DNA of 32,000 nt from Pseudomonas aeruginosa (lineage in GTDB: Bacteria; Pseudomonadota; Gammaproteobacteria; Pseudomonadales; Pseudomonadaceae), in the NCBI RefSeq assembly GCF_001457615.1, contig NZ_LN831024.1, positions 1,770,001 through 1,802,000 of the forward strand, read 5' to 3'. Position numbers and translations under genes: made by a program. Positions 17,589 through 24,355 of this stretch are shown here, piece after piece; position 1 is the first letter of the stretch; each line of letters begins with the position of its first letter. A model generated the notes under the pieces. The model had not been told where the DNA came from, ran no database searches, and saw only the letters and a list, made by a program, of their open reading frames with translations.

Positions 17589-17746
17589 ACGACGACGACA
17601 AGGTGATCGACCTCAGCGCCGAGCGCGACAAGCGCATCCACGACGTGCACGAGAAGCGCCTGCAGGAGGTCCGCAAGGCCTTCGAACAGGTGTTGCCGCT
17701 GGGCAAGCCGCGGAAGAAGCCGAAAGGCAAGCCGAAGAAGCGCTGA
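17585..17746 (+). CDS. small hypothetical protein (53 aa) with Lys/Arg/Pro-rich tail, translationally coupled to alkB
   Basis: The ATG at 17585 overlaps the alkB TGA as ATGA (17585-17588). The product is MNDDDKVIDLSAERDKRIHDVHEKRLQEVRKAFEQVLPLGKPRKKPKGKPKKR. Nearly every codon ends in G/C, matching genuine genes here. It is too short for the ORF track as its own ORF; it lies at the end of the 17225..17746 frame. Confidence 0.6.
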   Translation: MNDDDKVIDLSAERDKRIHDVHEKRLQEVRKAFEQVLPLGKPRKKPKGKPKKR

Positions 17747-17752
17747 AGCCTC

Positions 17753-17775
17753 CGCCGCCGCGTTCGCCGGCGGCG
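17753..17775 (+). terminator. GC hairpin after the 53-aa ORF (weak terminator candidate)
   Basis: CGCCGCCG (17753-17760) pairs with CGGCGGCG (17768-17775) around a 7-nt loop. No U tract follows. Confidence 0.25.
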
Positions 17776-17859
17776 CATTCCTGCGGGCAACGTGCGGCGA
17801 TCGGGCAGGTTTTTCCCGGTTATCTGCGGCGTCCGACCGCATTCTCCCTCCTGCGAAAC

Positions 17860-17873
17860 TTGACCTGGGTCAG
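17860..17873 (+). promoter_or_regulatory. second, weaker Anr/FNR-like palindrome upstream of phrS
   Basis: TTGACCTGGGTCAG is TGAC-N6-GTCA symmetric and matches TTGAT-N4-ATCAA except at 3 positions. Its centre is exactly 50 bp upstream of the centre of the main box. Confidence 0.3.
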
Positions 17874-17909
17874 TGTCATGCACCTGGCCGAAAAAGCCCG
17901 TCCGGGCGA

Positions 17910-17923
17910 TTGATCCAGGTCAA
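17910..17923 (+). promoter_or_regulatory. Anr box of the phrS promoter
   Basis: TTGATCCAGGTCAA is a near-consensus TTGAT-N4-ATCAA (one mismatch). A TAATCT -10-like hexamer lies 21-22 nt downstream (17945-17950). PhrS is known to be Anr-dependent. Confidence 0.75.
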
Positions 17924-17994
17924 TATTGCGCCGCCGCGCCTCGCTAATCTGAGCCCATCGAGCAACACCCAACCGGCAACTGGAGGCCATCAAC

Positions 17995-18108
17995 ATGTTC
18001 ATCGACGAAGTGGTTCTCGCAGGGATTCTTACAGTAGGCCTCATGGTCGCTTTCTTCGGTGGGGTCGGTTACTTCATCTGGAAGGATTCCCATAGCCGCA
18101 AAGGCTGA
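17995..18108 (+). CDS. 37-aa hydrophobic peptide encoded within PhrS
   Basis: ATG at 17995 lies 8 nt after TGGAGG (17981-17986). The product is MFIDEVVLAGILTVGLMVAFFGGVGYFIWKDSHSRKG, a single TM-like helix with a basic tail. The TGA is at 18106-18108. It is below the ORF-track length cutoff. Confidence 0.7.
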   Translation: MFIDEVVLAGILTVGLMVAFFGGVGYFIWKDSHSRKG

Positions 18109-18142
18109 TCCTCCCGGATACACAGAGCACGCAAGGCACTTA

Positions 18143-18169
18143 GGGCGACTTCGGTCGCCCGTTTTTTTT
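18143..18169 (+). terminator. rho-independent terminator of phrS
   Basis: GGGCGAC-TTCG-GTCGCCC is a 7-bp GC stem with a tetraloop. It is followed by G and then a run of 8 T (18162-18169). Confidence 0.9.
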
Positions 18170-18232
18170 GCGCCTGGAAAAACACCGGCGCAGCGATCGG
18201 GATACTACGAATGTCGCTGGACGATATTGTTA

Positions 18233-18254
18233 GCAGCCTAATAATATAGGCTGC
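18233..18254. promoter_or_regulatory. perfect 8-bp inverted repeat (candidate operator) upstream of the FUSC efflux operon
   Basis: GCAGCCTA-ATAATA-TAGGCTGC sits in an AT-rich patch about 65 bp upstream of the GTG start at 18317. No U tract follows, so it is unlikely to be a terminator. Confidence 0.35.
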
Positions 18255-18316
18255 ACATATCGCCTCGGCGTTCGCCGGCTATCTATGCTGATGTAGACCC
18301 CGTTTCGGAAGACCCT

Positions 18317-20311
18317 GTGCCCATTCACTGGAAGCCGTTCCTGGCACCCTCGACGCTGGCGCTCAAGTTCGCCATCAAGACGCTCCTGGCCGGCGGCCTG
18401 GCGTTGTGGTGCGCCTTTCGCTTCGACCTGGAGCAGCCGCAATGGGCGCTGATGACCGTGCTGATCGTGTCCCAGCCGTTGTCCGGCATGGTGGTGGCGA
18501 AGGGCTTGTTCCGCCTGCTCGGCACCCTGGTCGGCACCGCGATGTCGGTGTTGATGATCGCGCTGTTCGCCCAGGCGCCCTGGTTGTTCCTGCTGGCCAT
18601 CTCGCTCTGGCTGGGGCTCTGCACGGCGGCCTCGACCTCCCTGCGCAACCACGTTTCCTATGCCTTCGTACTTTCCGGCTATACGGTAGCGATCATTGGC
18701 CTGCCGGCGGTGGACCAGCCGCTGCTGGTCTTCGAGCAGGCGGTGGCGCGTTGTACCGAGATCTGCCTGGGGATCATCTGCGCCTCGGCGGTCAGTGCGA
18801 TCCTCTGGCCGCAGCGGGTCGAGCAGAACCTCGACAAGCAGGCCCACGCCACCTGGCTGCTGGGCATGCAGGCCGCGCGCGGCGAGATCGACCCGCGCCA
18901 GCGGCAGCCGCAGGGGCTGCTCAACGCGCTAAGCAAGATCGTCGAGGTCGATGCGCAGCGCGACCATGCCTGGTTCGAAGGCGAGCGCGGGCGGCGCCGG
19001 GCCGGCGCCCTGGCGTTGCTCTCGCGCGACCTGCTCAGCCTGTTGCGCACCGCGCGCGGCGTGGCCCGGCAACGGGCGCGGCTGAGCGAAGAGGAAGAGC
19101 GCCGGGTGGAGCGCTGGCTGGCCGCGCTGGCCAGCGCCCTGGAAGGGGCCGATCCGGCGTCGATGCTGGCGCTGCGCGAGGAGTTGGCGCAGGTCGCGGT
19201 CGAGCCGCAGTGGAGCAACGACCAGCGTTACCTGCTGACCCGCTGCTCGGTGCTGCTGCTCAAGGCGGTGAATGCCGAGAAGGGCATGCGCGCGGTGGCC
19301 AGCGGCGAGGTCGAGGGGCGGGTGGGCAGCGCCGGCACCCTGTCCTGGCACCGCGACCTGCAGATGGCGCTGTTCTACGGCGCGCGTAGCGCCCTGGCGT
19401 TGCTCGGGCTGTCGGTCTACTGGATCTATACCGCGTGGCCGGCGGCGTCCGGCGCGATGCTGCTGGCGGCGGTGGTGTGCAGCCTGTTCGCCAACCGCGA
19501 CAACGCGGTGGCCATCGGCCTGAGCTTCCTGCGCGGCATCGTCTACGCGATCCCGGCGGCGATGCTGGTCAGCCAGTGGCTGCTGCCGCAGTGGAATGGC
19601 TTCCCGCTGCTCTGCCTGGCGATGGGCGTGCCGCTGTTCTTCGCCACCCTGGGCATGGCCGTACCGGTTACCGCCGGCACCGCCACCTCGTTCGCGATCC
19701 ACTTCATCGTCCTGGTCGCGCCGCGCAACCAGATGGACTACAACCTCGCGACCCTGCTGAATTCCGCCCAGGGCGTGCTGATCGGAGTCGGCTTCGCGGT
19801 GGTGATCTTCCGCTTGCTGACCTTGCGTCCGGGCTGGCTGACCCGACGCCTGCTGGACGCCACCTGCGTCGATCTCGGCCGCCTCACCCGGCGCCCGCTG
19901 GCGCAGGCGGAGAACTGGTTCGGCGGGCGCATGGCCGACCGCCTGTTGCGCCTGGCGCGGCACGCCAACCTGTTGCCGGAGCAGGAGCGGCGGCGTTGGG
20001 ACGATGGCCTCCTGGCGCTCGACCTGGGTAACGAACTGATCCACCTGCGGGCCTGCCTGGAAGGCGCCCGTGGCGTCCTGCGCAAGGCGCGCGACCGCTT
20101 CCTCGGGGAACTGGGCGAACTGCTTGAGGCCGGTCCCGCGGGTCCGCGCAGTGACCGCCTGGAGCGGATCAGCCTGCCGTTGCGCGAAGCCCTGGAGCGT
20201 GACGCTCGCCACGACGACGAAGCCAGCCGCCTGGCGCGCGCGGCCCTGGCGCAACTGCTGTTCACCTGGCAGCAGTGGTGCCATCAGGAGGAAAGCCATG
20301 AGTCTGCATGA
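18317..20311 (+). CDS. FUSC-family (AaeB/fusaric-acid-resistance type) inner-membrane efflux protein
   Basis: The 664-aa ORF starts at GTG 18317, with GGAAG 5 nt upstream. It has two clusters of TM helices separated by a long Arg/Glu/Ala-rich cytoplasmic domain. The N-terminus FAIKTLLAGGLALWCAFRFDLEQPQWALMTVLIV is typical of the family. Confidence 0.8.
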   Translation: MPIHWKPFLAPSTLALKFAIKTLLAGGLALWCAFRFDLEQPQWALMTVLIVSQPLSGMVVAKGLFRLLGTLVGTAMSVLMIALFAQAPWLFLLAISLWLGLCTAASTSLRNHVSYAFVLSGYTVAIIGLPAVDQPLLVFEQAVARCTEICLGIICASAVSAILWPQRVEQNLDKQAHATWLLGMQAARGEIDPRQRQPQGLLNALSKIVEVDAQRDHAWFEGERGRRRAGALALLSRDLLSLLRTARGVARQRARLSEEEERRVERWLAALASALEGADPASMLALREELAQVAVEPQWSNDQRYLLTRCSVLLLKAVNAEKGMRAVASGEVEGRVGSAGTLSWHRDLQMALFYGARSALALLGLSVYWIYTAWPAASGAMLLAAVVCSLFANRDNAVAIGLSFLRGIVYAIPAAMLVSQWLLPQWNGFPLLCLAMGVPLFFATLGMAVPVTAGTATSFAIHFIVLVAPRNQMDYNLATLLNSAQGVLIGVGFAVVIFRLLTLRPGWLTRRLLDATCVDLGRLTRRPLAQAENWFGGRMADRLLRLARHANLLPEQERRRWDDGLLALDLGNELIHLRACLEGARGVLRKARDRFLGELGELLEAGPAGPRSDRLERISLPLREALERDARHDDEASRLARAALAQLLFTWQQWCHQEESHESA

Positions 20312-20501
20312 ATCGGCCTGGGGCGGCGTCTACCTCAGCCCGCTGTTCGTCTATGCCCTGCTGGCGCTGGCGGCCACCGCCGCGCTGCGGGTGCTGATCC
20401 AGAAAACGCCGTTGCGTCGCTGGGTCTGGCACGAGGCGCTGTTCGACTGCGCCCTGTTCATTTTGATGTTGAGTGGCATTACCTGGGCGGCTACGACCTG
20501 A
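20298..20501 (+). CDS. DUF1656 / AaeX-like small membrane protein
   Basis: ATG at 20298 follows AGGAGGAAAGCC and overlaps the 3' end of the FUSC gene by 14 nt. The 67-aa product has two hydrophobic helices (MSLHESAWGGVYLSPLFVYALLALAATAAL...). Confidence 0.7.
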   Translation: MSLHESAWGGVYLSPLFVYALLALAATAALRVLIQKTPLRRWVWHEALFDCALFILMLSGITWAATT

Positions 20502-20527
20502 ATCGTCGCCCCGAGAAGGAGATTCGC

Positions 20528-21385
20528 ATGCGTGCATCGCTTCGCGTCGTCGTCACCCTGCTGGTGGTCGCTGCCGCTGTCCTCGCCGGCATCTGGCTCT
20601 GGCGCTACTACATGCTCTCGCCCTGGACCCGCGATGCCCGGGTGCGGGCCGACGTGGTGGTGGTGGCGCCGGACGTGTCCGGCTGGGTGACCGACCTGGA
20701 GGTCAAGGACAACCAGGTGGTCAAGGTCGGCGACGTGCTGATGCGCATCGACCAGGAACGCTACCAGGCCAACCTGGAGCAGGCCCGCGCCGTCGCCGAG
20801 ACCCGTCACCAGCAATACCTGTTGCGCCAGAACGAGGCGGCCCGGCGCAGCCGCCTGGGCATCGGCGCGATCAGCGCCGAGGACAAGGAAAACGCCCAGA
20901 TCAATGCCGCCATCGCTCGCAGCGAGTACCAGGAGGCGCTGGCCCAGGTGAAGATCGCCGAACTCAACCTCAAGCGCAGCGAGCTGCGCGCCGCGCGCAA
21001 CGGCCAGGTGACCAACCTGCGCCTGGCCCAGGGCAACTACGCCACGGCGGGCCAGGCGGTGATGGCGTTGGTCGACCAGCAGTCCTTCTATGTGGTCGCC
21101 TACTTCGAGGAAACCAAGCTGCCCGGCATCCGCGTCGGCATGCGCGCCCAGGTCCGCCTGATGAGCGGCGATCAGCCGATCGACGGCACGGTGGAGAGCA
21201 TCAGCAGCGGTATCACCGACCGCAACTCGACGCCGGACGGCCAGTTGCTGGCCAATGTCGAGCCGACCTTCAACTGGGTGCGCCTGGCGCAGCGCATTCC
21301 GGTGCGCATCCGCCTCGACCAGGTGCCGGCGGATGTCCACCTGAGCGCCGGGATGACCGCCAGCGTCACCGTGCAGGGGGACTGA
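20528..21385 (+). CDS. HlyD-family membrane fusion / periplasmic adaptor protein (AaeA-like)
   Basis: ATG at 20528 follows AAGGAGA. The 285-aa product has an N-terminal TM anchor and the biotinyl-lipoyl-like motif VAPDVSGWVTDLEVKDNQVVKVGDVLMRID. A coiled-coil region and a beta-barrel region follow. Confidence 0.85.
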   Translation: MRASLRVVVTLLVVAAAVLAGIWLWRYYMLSPWTRDARVRADVVVVAPDVSGWVTDLEVKDNQVVKVGDVLMRIDQERYQANLEQARAVAETRHQQYLLRQNEAARRSRLGIGAISAEDKENAQINAAIARSEYQEALAQVKIAELNLKRSELRAARNGQVTNLRLAQGNYATAGQAVMALVDQQSFYVVAYFEETKLPGIRVGMRAQVRLMSGDQPIDGTVESISSGITDRNSTPDGQLLANVEPTFNWVRLAQRIPVRIRLDQVPADVHLSAGMTASVTVQGD

Positions 21386-22541
21386 ACGGCAGCGCTTGCG
21401 TGGCGCCATCCAGCGTGCTGGCGCCAAGCGCGCAGGCCAGCGCCGCCAGCACCAGGGCGAGGCCGACCCAGGGCGTCGCGGCGACTCCCAGTGCCGCCAC
21501 CACCAGGCCGCCCAGCGCCGCGCCGAGGCCCACGCCCAGGTGCATGGCCGAGGTGTTCAGGGCGACGCCGGCGGAACCGCTGGCCGGATCGCTGCGCAGC
21601 AGGAAGCTCTGCACCACCGGCGAGATCATCCAGCTGATCGCGCTCCAGACCATCAGTACCGGCAGGAACCCGATGCTGCCCAGGCTCAGCGGCACCGCCG
21701 CCAGCGCCAGGGCGAAGGCCGCCGGTACCAGACGCAGGGCGCGCCGGTGGCCGAGGCGGTCGGCCAGCCAGCCGCCGATATAGCCGCCGCTCAGCGCTGC
21801 CAGGCCGATCAGCAGGAGGATCAGGCTGATCTCGCTGGGCGAGCGAATACCGGCCATGCTCGCCAGGTACGGGGTGAAATAGGCGAACAGGGTGAAGTGC
21901 CCGCCGAGCAACAGGATCGATACCAGTTGCGCGAGCCACAGCGCGGGCTGGCGCAACTGCCGCAGGTAGCCTTCGCGGCCGGGCAGGTCGCCGGCCTGGC
22001 GTTGCGGCAGGTAGCGCCAGAGCAGCAGGCACAAGGGCAGCGAATAGACCGCGATGCCGGCGAAGATCCAGCGCCAGCCGAACCAGTCGCTGATCTGTAC
22101 GCCCAGTGGCACGCCGAACACCAGCGAACCGCTGATGCCCATGAAGATCAGGCCGATCGCCCGGCCGCGCTGGGCCGGGGCGGCCAGCTCGGCGGCGAGC
22201 AGGCTGGCGAGGACGATCAGCAGCCCGCAACAGGCCGACATTCCCAGGCGAGCCAGGAGCAGGCCGAGATAGCCCGGAGCGAGGGCGGCGAGCGCGTTGC
22301 TGAGGGCGAACAGCAGCAGGGTCGCCAGCAGCAGGCGGCGGCGTTCGATGCGCCGGGTCAGCCAGCCGAGCAGCGGTGCGGCGAGGGCGAAGCCGAGGGA
22401 GAACAGGGTGGTGAGCTGGCCGGCCAGGCTGATGGAGACCCGCAGGTCTTCAGCCAGGGGCGGCAGGATGCCGATCAGGATGCTTTCCGCCAGGCCGGCG
22501 GCGAAGGTGGTCAGGGATAGCAACAGCAAGCGAAGGTCCAT
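21366..22541 (-). CDS. MFS transporter (12-TM, drug/metabolite efflux-like)
   Basis: ATG at 22541 follows a GGAG 7 nt upstream; the track ORF runs to 22652. The 391-aa product is polytopic with the MFS loop motif GWLTRRIERRRLL between TM2 and TM3. Its 3' end overlaps the HlyD gene 3' end by 20 bp. Confidence 0.8.
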   Translation of the reverse strand: MDLRLLLLSLTTFAAGLAESILIGILPPLAEDLRVSISLAGQLTTLFSLGFALAAPLLGWLTRRIERRRLLLATLLLFALSNALAALAPGYLGLLLARLGMSACCGLLIVLASLLAAELAAPAQRGRAIGLIFMGISGSLVFGVPLGVQISDWFGWRWIFAGIAVYSLPLCLLLWRYLPQRQAGDLPGREGYLRQLRQPALWLAQLVSILLLGGHFTLFAYFTPYLASMAGIRSPSEISLILLLIGLAALSGGYIGGWLADRLGHRRALRLVPAAFALALAAVPLSLGSIGFLPVLMVWSAISWMISPVVQSFLLRSDPASGSAGVALNTSAMHLGVGLGAALGGLVVAALGVAATPWVGLALVLAALACALGASTLDGATQALPFSPPAR

Positions 22542-22642
22542 GGCGGCTCCGATTCCCGGTAAGGGGTTTCGGGCGGTGGAGTGCCTTCGGTTATCCCTGA
22601 TGATTGAGGTAAGACAGCGGACAGGGTAGAGCAGCGCGCGGC

Positions 22643-22664
22643 GGCCCGGCAAGTCCGCCGGGCC
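22643..22664 (-). terminator. GC hairpin downstream of phaJ1 (weak terminator candidate)
   Basis: GGCCCGGC (22643-22650) pairs with GCCGGGCC (22657-22664) around a 6-nt loop. It lies 28-49 nt after the phaJ1 stop. There is no U tract. Confidence 0.3.
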
Positions 22665-22691
22665 GGATGGCCCGACGGTAGGGAAAGCCGC

Positions 22692-23162
22692 TCAGCCGAT
22701 GCTGATCGGCGGCAGTTCGGCCAGCTCGACGCTGAGCTTCTCTTCCGGCGCCATGATCTCCGCTTCGCCGTCGACCACCTGCTTGCCTGCCTGGTTGAAC
22801 ACCCGCGTGGCCATGCGCACGCGGTTCTTCGGCAGCTTCTCGAGGACTTCCAGTTCGACCTTCAGGTCGTCGCCGAGCTTGACCGGACGGGTGAAGCGCA
22901 GGGTCTGGCCGAGATAGATGGTGCCTGGGCCGGGCAGCACGGTGGCGATCGCCGCGCTGATCAGGGCGCCGCTGAGCATGCCGTGGGCGATGCGTTCCTT
23001 GAACTGGGTGGTGGCCGCGTAGGCGGCGTCCAGATGCACCGGGTTGCGGTCGCCGGAGACTGCGGCGAACAACTGCAGGTCGCGCTCGGCGATGCTGCTG
23101 GTGTACTCGGCCTTTTGCCCGACCTCTAGCTCGGCGTAGGGAATGTTCTGGACCTGGCTCAT
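22692..23162 (-). CDS. phaJ1: (R)-specific enoyl-CoA hydratase, MaoC/hot-dog fold (PhaJ1)
   Basis: ATG at 23162 follows AGGAGA and overlaps the upstream stop as ATGA. The 156-aa product carries the hydratase 2 motif AAVSGDRNPVHLDAAYA. Confidence 0.88.
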   Translation of the reverse strand: MSQVQNIPYAELEVGQKAEYTSSIAERDLQLFAAVSGDRNPVHLDAAYAATTQFKERIAHGMLSGALISAAIATVLPGPGTIYLGQTLRFTRPVKLGDDLKVELEVLEKLPKNRVRMATRVFNQAGKQVVDGEAEIMAPEEKLSVELAELPPISIG

Positions 23163-24109
23163 GTTCTCTCCTTTGTCGAATGATCCCGGCGGTGGCGCAG
23201 GGCCTGTTCCAGCCAGTCGATCAGGTCTTGGGTGACCGCGTCGCGGTTGCTCTCGTTGAACAGCTCGTGACGGGCCTCGGGATAGGTCTTCAGGGTCACC
23301 TGGCGCAGCCCGGCACCGCGCAGGGCGTCGGTCAGGTCGCCCAGGCGCTTGCCCTGGCTGACCGGGTCGCGTTCGCCGCCGATGATCAGCAGCGGCAGGT
23401 CGGCATCGATCTGCCGCAGGTGGGTGGGCGGGGTGATATCGGCCAGGCCGCCGAGCAGGTCCACCCACAACTGGTTGCTGCAGCGGAAGCCGCACAGCGG
23501 GTCGGCCACGTACCTGTCGACTTCCTGCGGATCGCGACTGAGCCAGTCGAAGGCCGTGCGATTGGGCTTGAACGCCTTGTTGAACGAGCCGAACGAGAGG
23601 AAGTCGATCAGCGCGCTCTTGCCCAGCGGCCCCTGGCGCCAGCGCTCGAAGCGGGCGATCAGGCGGGCGACCCGGTAGAGCGCTTGCGGCTGGTAGTTGG
23701 AGCCGGAAAGGATCGCCCCTTGCAGGCTGCAGCTGTGGTGCAGCAGGTAGGCCATGGAGATGTAGCTGCCCATGCTGTGGCCCAGCAGGAAGATCGGCAG
23801 TTCCGGGTGCTGCTGGCGGATATGGTGGTTCAGGCTGGCCAGGTCGCCGACCACCTTGCCCCAGCCGCCCTGGTCGGCGAAGTGGCCCAGCTCGTCGGCT
23901 TCGGCGGTCCGGCCGTGGCCGCGCTGGTCGATCGCATAGAAGTGGTAGCCGGCAGCGTTCAGCGCGGCGGCGAGACGCTCGTAGCGACCGGCGTGCTCGG
24001 CCATGCCGTGGGACAGCATCACCGCGCCGACGGCCGTTGCGCTCGGCCAGTGGCGGGTGTACAGCGGGGTTTCGTCGCTGGCGGGGAGCCAGTAGGCAGC
24101 GGCGGGCAT
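23159..24109 (-). CDS. alpha/beta hydrolase, lysophospholipase / monoacylglycerol lipase family
   Basis: ATG at 24109 gives a 316-aa product. The nucleophile elbow is GHSMG (LLGHSMGSYI). An oxyanion-region HGMAEHAGRY is present, with a C-terminal Asp (GGERDPV) and His (ARHELFNE). Confidence 0.85.
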   Translation of the reverse strand: MPAAAYWLPASDETPLYTRHWPSATAVGAVMLSHGMAEHAGRYERLAAALNAAGYHFYAIDQRGHGRTAEADELGHFADQGGWGKVVGDLASLNHHIRQQHPELPIFLLGHSMGSYISMAYLLHHSCSLQGAILSGSNYQPQALYRVARLIARFERWRQGPLGKSALIDFLSFGSFNKAFKPNRTAFDWLSRDPQEVDRYVADPLCGFRCSNQLWVDLLGGLADITPPTHLRQIDADLPLLIIGGERDPVSQGKRLGDLTDALRGAGLRQVTLKTYPEARHELFNESNRDAVTQDLIDWLEQALRHRRDHSTKERT

Positions 24110-24355
24110 GTTCGTTCCTTGTGCCGGACGGACGCGTTCCGGCGCATTCTAGCAGCGTACGCGGCTTCGTCCCGCAAAAGCGCCACCCTTGGGCACGGGC
24201 CGCTCTGGAATGGCGGGCGGCGAAGAGCGACAGGCTGGAGATTCACACTATCAATAAGGGCAGGAGGAGTATTTGCGCTGTCCTACGCAACTGCTAAGTT
24301 GCCCGATGCCCCGCACATGCGGGCCAGACCCGCTCAGGTAAGAGGACAAGAATAA

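Larger units (their letters stand above)
17957..18169 (+). ncRNA. phrS: PhrS small regulatory RNA (dual-function sRNA with internal 37-codon ORF)
   Basis: The 5' end is inferred from the Anr box at -41.5 and the -10 spacing, so it is uncertain by a few nt. The 3' end is set by the strong intrinsic terminator ending at 18169. The resulting length of about 213 nt matches my recollection of PhrS, as do the 37-codon ORF and the position between the alkB-side genes and the FUSC gene. Confidence 0.8.

Noticed and set aside
18929..20299. 456-aa minus-strand ORF and several 170-330-aa ORFs over the FUSC gene
   Set aside because: They are shadow frames. The plus frame encodes coherent TM helices and starts an operon with coupled downstream genes.
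24262..24341. AGGAGG followed 5 nt later by a TTG-initiated 22-codon ORF ending 14 nt before the fadD2 start (possible leader peptide)
   Set aside because: Third-position GC is only about 68%, well below the genuine genes here. The start is non-ATG, the peptide has no recognisable features, and I cannot assess conservation, so the evidence is too weak to call.
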